Origin: an uncultured Acidobacteriota bacterium
GTDB lineage: Bacteria; Acidobacteriota; UBA6911
Assembly: GCA_963843575.1 (NCBI GenBank)
Contig: CAWJKZ010000013.1
Location: 1-64,000 of the forward strand
Length of the DNA stretch: 64,000 nt
Reading direction: 5' to 3'
Shown here: positions 21,091-34,880 of the stretch, piece by piece
How the letters are laid out: every line of letters starts with the position of its first letter
Numbering within the stretch: position 1 is the first letter of the stretch
The notes under the pieces: generated by a model
The model's database searches: none
Told to the model about the DNA's origin: nothing
Seen by the model: the letters and a program-made list of their open reading frames with translations, nothing else
Translations under genes and position numbers: made by a program

Positions 21091-22470
21091 ATGGATGCGG
21101 ACGTTACCGTCGTAGGCGGGGGACTGGCCGGTGCGGAGGCCGCCTGGCAGATTGCCCGGCGGGGACTGCGCGTCCGCCTGCACGAAATGAGGCCCGGGAA
21201 ACCTACCGAGGCCCACAAAACGGACAGCCTCGCCGAACTGGTCTGCAGCAACTCGCTGAAATCCGAGCTTCCCGGGTCGGCTCCCTTCCTGCTGAAGGAG
21301 GAACTGCGTCAACTCGGGAGCCTGTTGCTGGCCTGCGCGGAGCGGACGAGGGTGCCGGCAGGACACGCCCTGGCCGTGGATCGCGCGCAGTTCTCCCGCG
21401 CCGTGACGGAAGCGATCGAGCGAGAAAGACACATCGAGATCGTGCGGGGCGAAGTCACTGGCATCCCGGCAGGCGGTATCGTCATCGTGGCTTCGGGCCC
21501 GCTGACTTCGCTGCCGCTGTCGGAAGCGATCGCGCGCTTCGCGGGCACCGCAAGCCTGTACTTCTACGACGCTATTTCCCCCATCGTCGACGCGAACACC
21601 ATCGACCGCACCGTGGTGTTTCCGGCCTCTAGATACGGCAAAGGGGGAGACGACTACCTGAACGCGCCGATGACGCAGGAGGAGTACTCCAGGTTCTACA
21701 AGGCACTTGTTGCCGCGGAATCCGTCCCGCTGCGCGAATTCGAAAAGGCCATGTACTTCGAAGGGTGCCTGCCACTGGAGGAACTGGCGCGGCGCGGCGT
21801 CGACACGCTGCGGTTCGGGCCCATGAAGCCCGTCGGCCTCACGGACCCGCGCACCGGCAGGCGTCCCTACGCCGCGGTCCAGCTGAGGATGGAGAACCTC
21901 ATGGCCGATAGCTGCAACCTGGTCGGATTCCAGAACCACTTGCGCTTCCCGGAGCAGAGCCGCGTGTTCCGCCTCATCCCGGGGCTCGAGCATGCCGAGT
22001 TTCTCCGTTACGGCCAGATCCACCGCAACACCTACATCCAGGCACCAGCCCTGCTCGGACCCACGTTGCAGACAAAGCTGAAACCCGACCTGCTCTTTGC
22101 GGGCCAGATCTGCGGTGTCGAAGGGTACGTGGAGTCCATCGCCACGGGGCTGCTGGCCGGCATCAACGCCAGCCGGCTCGCCCGGGGGATTCCGACGTTG
22201 ACGCCGCCACGCGAAACCGCGTGCGGCAGCCTGGTGCATTACATCGCGCACGCGGCCCCGGGCCATTTTCAGCCGGCAAACATCAGCTTCGGGTTGCTCC
22301 CCGACGCGGGACCAGAGCTGAAGAAGCGCATCCGCGACCGCAAGGCGCGCCATGAGTGGCAGGTGGCCCAGGCCCTCGATGTGCTGCGAAGATGGATAGA
22401 AACGTCCGGCTTAGTACACAGTCTCATAAGTACGCAGACGTATTTCTCAGCACAACAACACGGGCAATGA
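21091..22470 (+). CDS. trmFO: Folate/FAD-dependent tRNA m5U54 methyltransferase
   Basis: VVGGGLAGAEAA, ELVCSNS, FYDAISPIV, FEGCLP, GPMKPVGL, AGQICGVEGY. Confidence 0.96.
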   Translation: MDADVTVVGGGLAGAEAAWQIARRGLRVRLHEMRPGKPTEAHKTDSLAELVCSNSLKSELPGSAPFLLKEELRQLGSLLLACAERTRVPAGHALAVDRAQFSRAVTEAIERERHIEIVRGEVTGIPAGGIVIVASGPLTSLPLSEAIARFAGTASLYFYDAISPIVDANTIDRTVVFPASRYGKGGDDYLNAPMTQEEYSRFYKALVAAESVPLREFEKAMYFEGCLPLEELARRGVDTLRFGPMKPVGLTDPRTGRRPYAAVQLRMENLMADSCNLVGFQNHLRFPEQSRVFRLIPGLEHAEFLRYGQIHRNTYIQAPALLGPTLQTKLKPDLLFAGQICGVEGYVESIATGLLAGINASRLARGIPTLTPPRETACGSLVHYIAHAAPGHFQPANISFGLLPDAGPELKKRIRDRKARHEWQVAQALDVLRRWIETSGLVHSLISTQTYFSAQQHGQ

Positions 22471-22500
22471 AAGACAATAGCCAAAACAGAACGCAGGTTC

Positions 22501-22568
22501 CGCGGATCCAACGGATTCACGCGGCCTGTCGCCAGGTCGATCCGTGGGGATCCGCGCGCATCCGCGTC
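22501..22568. repeat. Imperfect inverted repeat of ATCCG(T/C)G units
   Basis: CGCGGATCCAACGGAT ... ATCCGTGGGGATCCGCG in the trmFO-xerC spacer. Confidence 0.55.
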
Positions 22569-22652
22569 CTGAAAATACGTTAGCGTATTTGTGAACATCA
22601 GTACTTAGGCGAAGCACAGACCGAAGCCACTGCGGGATAATGCGGAGTTGGG

Positions 22653-23586
22653 ATGAGTGCCCCTCTTGGCGACTGGATCGGCGAGTTTCTGCAGCACCTG
22701 CAGCACGGGCAGAACGCGTCGCCCCACACCCTGCGCAACTACCGGTCCGACCTGCTGCAGTTCCTCGATTACCTGACCCATGCCCCTGACGGGACGCTCG
22801 AGGCCGGAGCCGGCGCTGTCCCAGGTCGACAACCTGACCATCAGGGAGTTCCTCGGCCGACTGTACGAACGAGGGAACCGGAAATCGTCGGTGGCTAGAA
22901 AACTGGCCGCCCTCCGGTCGTTCATGAAGTTCCTCTCCGCCCGCGGAGTGATCCCGGCAAATCCCGCCAAGGTAGTCGCCACCCCCCGGCTGGAAAAGCA
23001 CCTTCCCGGCCACCTGGTGCTTGAAGCGGTGGTAGACCTCATCGAGGCGCCCGACACCTCGACAGCGCTCGGCCGGAGGGATCGTGCGATACTCGAAACT
23101 CTCTATGCAACCGGCGTGCGGGTGGCGGAACTCGTCGGGCTGGATTTGGGAGACATCGATCTGCAGGGCGGGGTTCTGCGAGTGCTCGGGAAGGGGCGCA
23201 AGGAGCGGATCGTGCCCTTCGGCAGCAAGGCCCGGGAGGCGCTCGAAACCTACTTCGTCGTGCGCCACGATTTCCTGCACGCCGGCAGCAGCGGCACGCA
23301 GGCGGAGGCCGTCTTCCTGAACGCCCATGGCGGGCGCCTTACGACCCGGAGCATCTGGAACATCATCGACCGTTACGTCGCCCATACCTCGCACAAGCTC
23401 AAGATTCACCCCCACACCCTCCGCCATACTTTCGCGACCCACATGCTCGACGCCGGGGCAGACCTCCGGGCCATCCAGGAACTGCTTGGACACGAGAGCC
23501 TCTCGACAACACAGAAATACACCCACGTCTCCACCGAACAGCTGATGCGCATCTACAGGTCGTGCCACCCCCGGGCACGCAAATGA
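22653..23586 (+). CDS. xerC: Tyrosine recombinase XerC, one frameshift near 22795 (likely sequencing error)
   Basis: [12 protein letters not shown] in one frame; [31 protein letters not shown] in the other; adjacent to trmFO. Confidence 0.88.
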
Positions 23587-23975
23587 AAGAGGACCCCCGC
23601 CGATATTGCACCGCAAGGCGGCAAAAAACCGTGGTCCTCGACCGGAGAAACGCATTCTGCTGTTCCGGTACAGCGATGGGGGCGTGGGGGTGGCCGACGC
23701 CCGGGGGCGGGCTCCAGGCGGGCGAGACCTTCGAGCAGGCGGGGGCCCGGGAGGCCGCCGAAGAACTGGGTTTCGCCGGGGTGGTGTTGACTCCCGCCTG
23801 GCGCCTCACCGCCGAATTCACGATGAGGGGCGTGACGGTCCGTCCGGTCGGGCGCTACTTCCTGGCGAGGGCATCGTCGCATGGTGGTTGGTGGCCGCTC
23901 GGGGAAATCCCCGGCGCAAACGAACCGGTTTACCCGCAGGATCTTCCCGACCGCGTCCTTGCGCTACACCCCTGA
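23583..23975 (+). CDS. NUDIX hydrolase (probable compensating frameshifts near the N-terminus)
   Basis: Nudix box GGGLQAGETFEQAGAREAAEELG; alternative frame gives KRILLFRY. Confidence 0.7.
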   Translation: MKEDPRRYCTARRQKTVVLDRRNAFCCSGTAMGAWGWPTPGGGLQAGETFEQAGAREAAEELGFAGVVLTPAWRLTAEFTMRGVTVRPVGRYFLARASSHGGWWPLGEIPGANEPVYPQDLPDRVLALHP

Positions 23976-24036
23976 CCCGTTCACCATGTAGAAATCAGGC
24001 CGCAGCTCGAGCGCGTGCGGGCCAATGGAGCACGCT

Positions 24037-25221
24037 ATGGACGAGACGGTAATCCTTTCGGCGGTGCGGACGCCCATTGGGGCGTTCCTCGGGTCGCTAT
24101 CTGCGCTGACGGCGCCGCAACTCGGCGCCATCGCGATACGTGAAGCCGTGAAGAGAGCCGGTATTCAGCCGGGCGATGCGGATGAGGTCATCCTCGGGTG
24201 CGTGCTTACCGCAGGCCTGGGCCAGGCCCCCGCCCGCCAGGCGGCGATCGCCGGGGGACTCCCCCACTCCGTCCCGTGCACGACCGTAAACAAGGTCTGC
24301 GGGTCCGGGATGAAGGCCGTGATGCTCGGGGCACAGGGGATCCGTGCCGGAGACGCGCGCATCGTCGTCGCCGGGGGCATGGAATCGATGAGCAACGCGC
24401 CCTACGCACTCGACCGCGCGCGCTCCGGCTACCGGATAGGCAACGGCACCCTGATCGACACCATGGTCCACGACGGTCTGTGGGACCCGTACCACAACGT
24501 GCACATGGGCAACTGCGGAGACCTGTGCGCCCGCGAGTCGGGCTATACGCGCGAGCAACTCGACGAGTACGCGGCGGAAAGCTACAGCAGGGCAAGGGCG
24601 GCGCAGCGGTTCGGGCGGTTTCGCGACGAGATCGTTCCGGTCGAGGTGCCGCAGCGCAAAGGGGACCCGGTGGTCGTCTCCGAGGACGAGGAACCCGGGA
24701 AGGGGAACCCGGAAAGGCTCGCCACCCTGCGCGCCGCCTTCGGCAGGGACGGGGTCACGACGGCCGGGAATGCCAGTTCGATCGACGACGGCGCAGCCGC
24801 GCTGGTGCTGGCTTCGCGGGCGGAGGCCCAAGCGCGGGACCTGAAGCCGCTTGGGAAGATCCTGGCCTACTCGAGGCACGCGCACGAGCCGCGGTGGTTC
24901 ACTACCGCGCCGGCGTATGCGATTGAGAAACTGCTGGCGGCCGCGCAGCTGTCGATCCCGGACATCGATCTGTTCGAGGTCAACGAGGCCTTTTCGGTGG
25001 TGCCACTGTATGTCGCCGACAAGCTCGGCATCCCGCGAGACAAGCTGAACGTGAACGGCGGCGCCGTCGCCCTGGGGCACCCTATCGGGATGACCGGGGC
25101 GAGGCTGGTCCTGACCGCCCTGCACGAACTCAGGCGCCGGGGCGGAAAGTACGCCGTCGCCAGCCCCTGTATCGGCGGGGGCGAGGCTACCGCCATCCTG
25201 CTCGAAGCCCTCTATGGATAG
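24037..25221 (+). CDS. Acetyl-CoA C-acetyltransferase (thiolase)
   Basis: VNKVCGSG, NEAF, GGAVALGHP, CIGGG. Confidence 0.95.
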   Translation: MDETVILSAVRTPIGAFLGSLSALTAPQLGAIAIREAVKRAGIQPGDADEVILGCVLTAGLGQAPARQAAIAGGLPHSVPCTTVNKVCGSGMKAVMLGAQGIRAGDARIVVAGGMESMSNAPYALDRARSGYRIGNGTLIDTMVHDGLWDPYHNVHMGNCGDLCARESGYTREQLDEYAAESYSRARAAQRFGRFRDEIVPVEVPQRKGDPVVVSEDEEPGKGNPERLATLRAAFGRDGVTTAGNASSIDDGAAALVLASRAEAQARDLKPLGKILAYSRHAHEPRWFTTAPAYAIEKLLAAAQLSIPDIDLFEVNEAFSVVPLYVADKLGIPRDKLNVNGGAVALGHPIGMTGARLVLTALHELRRRGGKYAVASPCIGGGEATAILLEALYG

Positions 25222-25276
25222 CGGCCAACACCCGATGTGTCCAACGGTTGATCTGCCCGATCCAAACAGGATACAA

Positions 25277-25496
25277 GTGGGTCCGGGCTTCAGCCCGGAC
25301 GCTGTTTGCGGTCGCTATAACGTGCGCCCGTCGGCACATAGGTCAGATCAAAAGACGTCCGGGCTGAAGCCCGGACGCACTTGTTTTACGGGCAGGCCGG
25401 GCGGTTCAATCGCCTCTTCAGCCCGGACGCTGTTTGCGGCTGCTATACCGTGCGCCCGTCGCCACATAGATCAGATCAAAAGCTGAAGCCCGGACC
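25277..25496. repeat. REP/REPIN-like element: inverted pair of 20-bp palindromes plus a second degenerate unit
   Basis: GTGG-GTCCGGGCTTCAGCCCGGAC (25277-25300) and inverted GTCCGGGCTGAAGCCCGGAC (25357-25376); spacer recurs at ~25416-25496. Confidence 0.8.
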
Positions 25497-25502
25497 TTGA
25501 TT

Positions 25503-26666
25503 CTATATCCGGCTGCGCAGTCTGGCGAGCCGCGCCGCCGCGGCTTCGAGGGTAGCTTTCGACTTGCAGAAGGCGAAGCGCACGAGCGTCGCACCGTCTG
25601 CCGGGTCGCGGTAGAAGGCGCTCGCCGGGATGCAGGCAACCCCGATTTCACTGGTCAGGTAACGGCAGAAAGCCACGTCGTCCGCAAATCCGAGCCCGGC
25701 AATGTCGATCAGGACGAAGTACGCCCCGGCCGGGCGAACCGGCGCCAGCCCTGCCGTGCTCAGCGCATCCAGGAGATACGCCCTCCTGGTTTCATAGGCG
25801 GAGGTGAGCTCGGCATAATAATCGTCGGGTACGGACAGGGCGGCGGCCGCCGCCTCCTGCAGGGGGGCGGCGCCGGCAAACACGATGAACTGGTGGCCCC
25901 GGAAGACGGCCTCGATCAAGTCCTGACGGGCCATGGCCCAACCCACCTTCCAACCGGTGACGCTGAAGGTCTTCCCGAGGCTCGAAATCGTGACGGTGCG
26001 CGCGGCCATGCCGGGGATCGAGGCCAGCGGGAGGTGGCGCCGCCCGTCGAAGACGATGTGCTCGTAGACTTCGTCGGTCACGGCGACGACGTCGTGCTTA
26101 CAGCAGAGGGCGGCGATGAGGTCGAGTTCGTCGCGGCTGTACACCTTCCCGGTCGGGTTGTGCGGGGTGTTGAGGAGGAGCAACCGCGTCTTTCCGGTGA
26201 ACAGCCGCCCCAGGACTTCCGGTTCTATCGACCATGCCGGCGGCCGCATCGTGTAAGGGCGCGCCACGCCGCCAGCCATCTCGATGGCCGGGACGTAGGA
26301 ATCGTAGGACGGCTCGAACACGACAACTTCGTCACCCGGATCGACGAGGCCGAGAATCGTCGCGAACAGCGCCTCCGTCGCCCCGTGGGTTACCAGGACC
26401 TCCGTGGCGGGGTCGAACTCCAGCCCGTAGTGCCTGCGCATCTTGGCCGCGAGGGCATCGCGCAGGGCTGGGCGGCCGTTGCTCGGGGCATATTGGTTGA
26501 TGTCGTTCCGGAGCGCGGCGGCCGCGGCGTCTTTGAGAAACGCGGGACACGGGAAGTCGGGGAAACCCTGGCCGAGGTTGACGGCTCCGTGCGTGATGGC
26601 GAGCCTCGTCATTTCGGTGAAGATCGACGGCCCGATGCCGGCCATGCGACGCGCCATGCGGCTCAT
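25503..26666 (-). CDS. Class I/II aminotransferase (YbdL/kynurenine aminotransferase-like)
   Basis: AVNLGQGFPDF, NQYAP, NTPHNPTG, DEVYEH, GKTFSVTGWKVGW, RFAFCK. Confidence 0.92.
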   Translation of the reverse strand: MSRMARRMAGIGPSIFTEMTRLAITHGAVNLGQGFPDFPCPAFLKDAAAAALRNDINQYAPSNGRPALRDALAAKMRRHYGLEFDPATEVLVTHGATEALFATILGLVDPGDEVVVFEPSYDSYVPAIEMAGGVARPYTMRPPAWSIEPEVLGRLFTGKTRLLLLNTPHNPTGKVYSRDELDLIAALCCKHDVVAVTDEVYEHIVFDGRRHLPLASIPGMAARTVTISSLGKTFSVTGWKVGWAMARQDLIEAVFRGHQFIVFAGAAPLQEAAAAALSVPDDYYAELTSAYETRRAYLLDALSTAGLAPVRPAGAYFVLIDIAGLGFADDVAFCRYLTSEIGVACIPASAFYRDPADGATLVRFAFCKSKATLEAAAARLARLRSRI

Positions 26667-26679
26667 GGGATGCCTGTCG

Positions 26680-29295
<2,616 letters not shown>

Positions 29296-29322
29296 ACGGG
29301 ATCTCCTGGGTCCACAGAGCAT

Positions 29323-29393
29323 GCCATGGAACCGGCCGATTTGCAAAACACCCGACCTGTTGGATTCCGTGCTTTTCCGCGTCCTTCCGTGGC
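29323..29393. repeat. Second copy of the TTCCGTG palindromic element
   Basis: GCCATGGAA ... TTCCGTGCTTTTCCGCGTCCTTCCGTGGC, closely matching 8834-8862. Confidence 0.55.
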
Positions 29394-29508
29394 CAGCTCT
29401 TTGAAACCGGGGCCCACGCTCTGCGCCAGAATGCGTGCAAGGTGCAGCGCCGACCCTGCACGCGTCCAACGACTATCTCCACCGGAGTCGATCTGATAGA
29501 TTTACGGC

Positions 29509-30897
29509 ATGCTCGATGGGGTCATTGTTGGGGCGGGGATTTCGGGGCTGGCCGTCGCCCACTGGCTGGGCCTGCACGAACGTCCGGGAGGATGGGAACT
29601 GTGGGAGTCCTCCGGGCGGGTGGGCGGAACCATAGGGACCGAGCGCGTCGAGGGATACTCGTTTGACTTGGGGCCAAACGGCTTCTTGGACCGCGAGCCG
29701 CTGACCCTGCGACTGGTCCGTGAGGCGGGGCTCGATTCGCTCCTGGAAAGGGCGAACGACCGGAGCGAAAAAAGGTTCATCGTCAAGCGGGGCCGTCTGC
29801 ACCCGGTGCCTTTCTCGCCTATCGCAATGCTGCGCAGCGGGCTCCTCGGCCCCCTGGGGAAACTACGCATCTGCGCCGAACCGCTCGTCCCGCCGCGGCG
29901 CGACGACCTGGACGAGTCGGTGTTCGACTTCGCAGCACGGCGCATTGGCCGTGCTGCGGCCGAGACCTTCGTGGACCCTATGGTCTCGGGTGTCTTCGGC
30001 GGGGTTGCGCGCCAGCTCTCCCTCCCGGCGTGCTTCCCGACAATGCGCGACATGGAACTCCGCTATGGGGGCCTCGTCCGTGCCATGCTGGCGAAGCGGA
30101 GCGAAAAGAAGGCGGCGGGCGGCGGGCGGCCGCCGAAGTCCGGCGGGCCGGCAGGTCCCGGGGGCCGACTGACGTCGTTCTCCGGGGGGCTGGACGTGCT
30201 CACAGACCGGCTCTGCCGCAACCTTCGTCTTTCGGTCCGAACGAATTCGCAGGCGACCGCCGTCGGTCGCGCAGGAGACGCTTGGGTCGTGCAGCGAAGA
30301 TCCGGGGATGCCGTCAAGGCGAGGCACGTAGTCCTCGCCTGCCCGGCGTTCGTCTCGGCGCAGCTCCTGGCAGCTTTCAACCGCGACTTGGCCGAGGCGT
30401 TGAATTCGATCCCCTACGCCCCGATCGCGGTGGTCGCCACCGGACACCGCCGCACCGACGTCGCGCACCCGCTGGACGGTTTCGGCTTCCTCATCCCGCG
30501 CGGCGAAGGGCTGCGCACCCTCGGCTCGATCTGGACCTCCTCGATATTCCAGGATCGGTCCCCCGGGGGACACGTGCAGTTCCGGACCATGCTCGGAGGG
30601 GCCGGGGACTCGGCAATCATGGGGCTTTCGGACGACGACCTGTGGCACACGATCCGGACGGAACTCGGCCCGCTCATCGGCATAAGAGGCGAGCCGGTGA
30701 TCCGCCGGGTTTACCGGTGGGAACGCGGCATACCCCAGTTCACCCTGGGACACCGCGAACGTCGCGGACGGATCGAGCAGCTGACGGCGCACCACCCCGG
30801 CCTGCACGTGGTCGGCAACGCCTTTTACGGGGTCGGCCTGAACGACTGCGTTAAGATGGCATGGAGGGTCGCGTCCAGCATCGGAGCGCGGCCCTGA
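29509..30897 (+). CDS. hemG: Protoporphyrinogen/coproporphyrinogen oxidase (HemY-type)
   Basis: GAGISGL, DLGPNGFL, DPMVSGVFGG, DGFGFLIP, IPQF, GVGLNDC. Confidence 0.93.
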   Translation: MLDGVIVGAGISGLAVAHWLGLHERPGGWELWESSGRVGGTIGTERVEGYSFDLGPNGFLDREPLTLRLVREAGLDSLLERANDRSEKRFIVKRGRLHPVPFSPIAMLRSGLLGPLGKLRICAEPLVPPRRDDLDESVFDFAARRIGRAAAETFVDPMVSGVFGGVARQLSLPACFPTMRDMELRYGGLVRAMLAKRSEKKAAGGGRPPKSGGPAGPGGRLTSFSGGLDVLTDRLCRNLRLSVRTNSQATAVGRAGDAWVVQRRSGDAVKARHVVLACPAFVSAQLLAAFNRDLAEALNSIPYAPIAVVATGHRRTDVAHPLDGFGFLIPRGEGLRTLGSIWTSSIFQDRSPGGHVQFRTMLGGAGDSAIMGLSDDDLWHTIRTELGPLIGIRGEPVIRRVYRWERGIPQFTLGHRERRGRIEQLTAHHPGLHVVGNAFYGVGLNDCVKMAWRVASSIGARP

Positions 30898-30933
30898 ACG
30901 AGGTCTGGGCCCCTTGCGGCTCGACGGTGCGGC

Positions 30934-31143
30934 TTATGCGTCCTGGGCTTTCGCCGCCGCCTTTTCACAAATCATCCCGTCGATCTGGGCCTCGGATTCC
31001 AGCCAGTCCTGCAGGTCGTACCCGCCGGCGAATCCACGTTGCTCGGCGCGGTAGTAGGCGGCTTCGGAAATGAGACGGTGGCGCTCCTCGGCGGAGACGC
31101 CCCCAGCGACAGCGGGATTCTCAAAACTATCGGGTTCCTTCAT
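30934..31143 (-). CDS. DUF2934-domain small protein
   Basis: ISEAAYYRAEQRGFAGGYDLQDWLESE; GGAGG upstream. Confidence 0.85.
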   Translation of the reverse strand: MKEPDSFENPAVAGGVSAEERHRLISEAAYYRAEQRGFAGGYDLQDWLESEAQIDGMICEKAAAKAQDA

Positions 31144-31361
31144 GACGGCTTCCTCCGGCGCGCGATCTGGATCGAGAGGGCTGGAACCCTGTGGCAAATC
31201 GCCCCGCACTTCCCGAATCCCTCCGCGAGCCCGAATCGGGTAAAGCGCGAACGATGCACTACGCTGCAATGTGGCCTTTCGCCCGGATGAAGTCAAACAG
31301 ATTTCGCCTCACGGGTGGTTTGGATCATAATTGTAAATCCTGGTCTTCCGACGGAGGCATA

Positions 31362-32484
31362 TTGCGCATTTTCAGATCGCTTCGGTTTGTCGTGATCCTG
31401 CTCCCCCTATTCGCCGATCCGACTTCGTTCGCCCAGGGAGCCGCCGATGAACCCGGGAATTTTCTGAAGAAGCACGCGGGATTCACATCGTCCGAGTTCG
31501 GCACCCTCGAGCGCGGCCAGCCGGTATCCAAAATCCTGGATTCCAGGAGCGGGACCGAGGTTTCGCCCCTGGGAGTGGGGCGCGTGGCAGTTCCCCTGGA
31601 CTTTTTCCTCGAAAGGTACCGCGATATCGCGGCCTTCAAGAAAGCTCCGGAGGTGCTTCAGATCGCGAAATTTCACACGCCGCCGGTCCCCGCGGACCTG
31701 GACGGCCTCACGCTGGAGCGCTCGGAAATCGACGCGCTCAAGAAGTGCAGGGTGGGCGACTGCGGGCTCAAGATGTCCGCCGAGATGATCGAGAGGCTCC
31801 AGAAAGACGTCAATTGGGGAGCCAAGGACTATGAGGTCCAGGCGAACCGCGTCTATCGCCAGGAGCTGCTGGACTACGTCAAGGGGTACCTGGCCGGCGG
31901 CAACGCACGGCTCGTCGTGTATCAAGACAAGAAGCGGCCCGCCCCGCTGGCCGACGAGTGTGCCTCGATCATCAGACGCCTCGCCGTACCTGGCGGAGTA
32001 CGTGCCGGCTTTCCGCGCGCACCTGCTGGCGTTCCCCAGGCCCGGACTGGCCGATTCGGAGGATTTCCTCTACTGGTCCAAGGAACGCTTCGGCTACAAA
32101 CCAGTGGTCAGCATCACTCACGTCACCATCCAGCGGCTGAGGCGCGAGGGGGGGCACGGCGCGGCCGTCATTGCCTCCAAGCAGATCTACGCCAGCCACT
32201 ACTTCGCGGCCTCGCTGGGACTCTCGGCCTTTGTGGAAACCGGGGCGCCGGCGGGTGCGTACCTGGTTTACCTGAACCGTTCGCGCTCTGATCTGCTGCA
32301 AGGGATGTTCAGCGGCGTGATCCGCTTTTTCCTGCGTCGGCGGGTCCTGGACGGCCTTGACAAGTACCAGCGGCTCACCAAGGAAAAACTCGAGCGCGAC
32401 TACCGGGCGACGCGCCAGGTTGGGGAACGCCGAACCGCAGGTCCCCCAGGCGGGTTCCGGCAGCCCGGGCAGTGTTCGATCTGA
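31362..32484 (+). CDS. Secreted hypothetical protein, one frameshift near 31975
   Basis: GGAGG plus TTG, signal peptide; ORFs 31191 and 31831 join into one plausible protein (EDFLYWSKERFGYKP, SKQIYASHYF). Confidence 0.65.
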
Positions 32485-32672
32485 ATGCGGTGGCGGCGGC
32501 TGAGTTCCACGGTGCGGTCGAGGCCGCATGCCGCGCGTGGACGCAGGGCTACAGTTCGAAAGGACTTCGGCTGCTGACGGCCGACAGCTCTGCGCGGCCG
32601 AGTCACGCCTGATCCCTACGATCCGGCTTCAGCCTCGTCAGCGGCGTGTTTTCCCTATCCCTCCGCGACGGC

Positions 32673-34719
32673 TCAATTTGCACTTGCCTTATTCTTCGGC
32701 CCCACGCGGAACTCGTAGCGGTGGAGGTGGCGGGTGTGGAACTGAAACGCCTGATAGAGGGGTTGTGCGCCGTAGCGCACGTCGGGGTGTAGTGGAAGCT
32801 CCACGATTCGTTGTCGAGCAGTACCGGGATCGTCGTTCCGGCAGGGGTGTCGGGGGCAAGCCGGATCAGGCTGGTCCTCTCGCGAGCGCCGGTCCACTCG
32901 CGCTGCTTGTCCTCCTGGATATCCCCGATCTCCTCGAGCCAGCGCAAGTCGCTGTAGACCTTGCACCTGTGCCAGGTGTTCTTGTCGAACGGGTCCATGC
33001 CCTGCGCGATCTTCACCCACACGGTTGCCTCCTCGCCGGGTTCGAGCACGCCGTTGCCGTTGCCCTTGCCCTCGGTGACGGTGCGATCGACGATCGCAGC
33101 CTCCGCCCTGGTTGCCCGCCTGCCGGAACACCTTGAAGGTGCCGGTGCGGCCGTCGAGGACCTCGACGGCCAGCGGCGCCGGCACGATCTCGGGCACGAC
33201 CAGTACGTCCAGGTCCGCCGCAGTCTCGTACCACCCGTCGTAGGTGAATTTCAGCCGCAGGCGCGCCGGGGCGAAGTAGCCGGCGCCCGCCGTGAAACGC
33301 ACGGCCATCTGTCTCGACATAGTCCGCAGCCTCCCCCGACCCGATCTTGGGCGATCGACACGCTTCCGCGCAGCGATTTTCACGGTGGGATAGGCGCTGC
33401 TCAGCTCGACCGTGACATCGGTCATCGGCTCGCCGCGCGGGTTGTAGATCACGGACCGGAAGCTCGACGTCCGTCCGCGGGGGCAACACGCAGCGGTCTC
33501 CGGAAGTCATCGGGAGAAGCACGGGCGGGTGCGCCCCGGTCCCCGGCCCCACGAAGCTGATCTGGTGCCCCGTGCCGTCGACCGACACCGTGATGCGCCC
33601 TTCGGCATCGGCGTGGTTTCGACGCGCTCCGTTTGCCCGGTGGCCAGGCCGTGGTCGAGCACCGTGTAGCGCGCACCCGGCGCGATAGAGCGGCGCGGTG
33701 CGATCGTGATCCTGCGGCGCCGCGACCGGTGGGCCGTCCGGCGCCCAGCGCCGGGTCGTCACCCGCAGCCCCCACTGCGACACGTCGGTCAGATAGGTGA
33801 AGCCGGGATCCGATCCCGGGAGCCTCGACGCGGTATCCCCACGACCACAAACGAGGCGTACGGGTTGGCGTATGAGAAGAACTCGGGGACATTGTCCAGG
33901 TCCGGTTTCGCAAACGCGCGCTTGTGGAAGTCGAAGGTCTCGGCGATCGAGGTCGCCCAGTGCCTGTGGTATTCGTCCATGCGGTATTCGAAGTCGACCT
34001 CCGTCGCTCGCGCGTACGCCTCGCGCGTCTCCTCGTGGTACTGGCTGATGTAGTCGCCGCTCGCCCGGATCAGCCGTATCATCGAGTGGGTGTGGGCGGT
34101 GACGTGGTCTTTCGGCCGCCAGAGCACGCGACGCCCTGTTTCGCCGACGTAGAATTCCGGCCCAGGGTTGAAGGCGGAGGCGCTGCCGATCAGCTGCGGG
34201 AACCGCGCGCTCAGGTACAGGCTCATGAAGCCGCCCATGCTCAACCCGGAGGTGGCGCGATGCCGCCGGTCGGTCAGAGTCCGGTAGGATCGAGTCGATG
34301 TGCGCAACTAGTTCCTGGAAATAGAGGCCGAAATCCATGTCGCCCCCTTTGAGGAAGACGTCCCACGGCGCTCCGCCGTAAAAGCCCGGTGTAGTCCGTT
34401 GCGACATAGCCGTCCACGCTGACTATGATCACGTCGTTGTTCGCGACGTAGTCCGCCATCTTCGGAATCGTGTCGGTGCCGTTGTCGTATCGCTCGAGCG
34501 TGTATCGGTCGCTGTGCCCGTGGAAGTAGTAGATCACGGGATAGGCCTTTCCGCTGGTTTCGTAGCCGGGAGGGAGCAGGATCCGGTAATTGCGCAGCTC
34601 TCCGAACGTCTTTGGAAAAGTGCGTGCGGTCTTGAAAGCCCTGGAAACCGATGCAGCAGGAGGGCAGGAGCACCAACCAGATTGCGATCCGGACGAGCCT
34701 GCGTAGGGGAATGGGCCAT
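32673..34719 (-). CDS. Alpha/beta-hydrolase esterase with C-terminal beta domains, many frameshifts
   Basis: RNYRILLPPGY..YPVIYYFHG and GLSMGG nucleophile elbow spread over several frames. Confidence 0.7.
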
Positions 34720-34880
34720 GATGCTTTTCTCCTGAACGTATGAGGCGATCGCTTGGACGCCAGATACTAGCACAGACCCGCGGCACTTGCGCCGGGGGGC
34801 GGCCGGGCGTGGGATCTCATTCCCGTAGCGAAAACGGCAGTCTTCGGATAGCCTTCTCCTAATCCATCGTGGAGGGTTCC

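Noticed and set aside
22653-23586. Tyrosine recombinase as a phage or island integrase
   Set aside because: Size, motifs and trmFO linkage indicate chromosomal XerC; no att site, tRNA or cargo.
25277-25496. Possible CRISPR array
   Set aside because: Repeats are inverted, the spacer itself is duplicated, and there are no cas genes.
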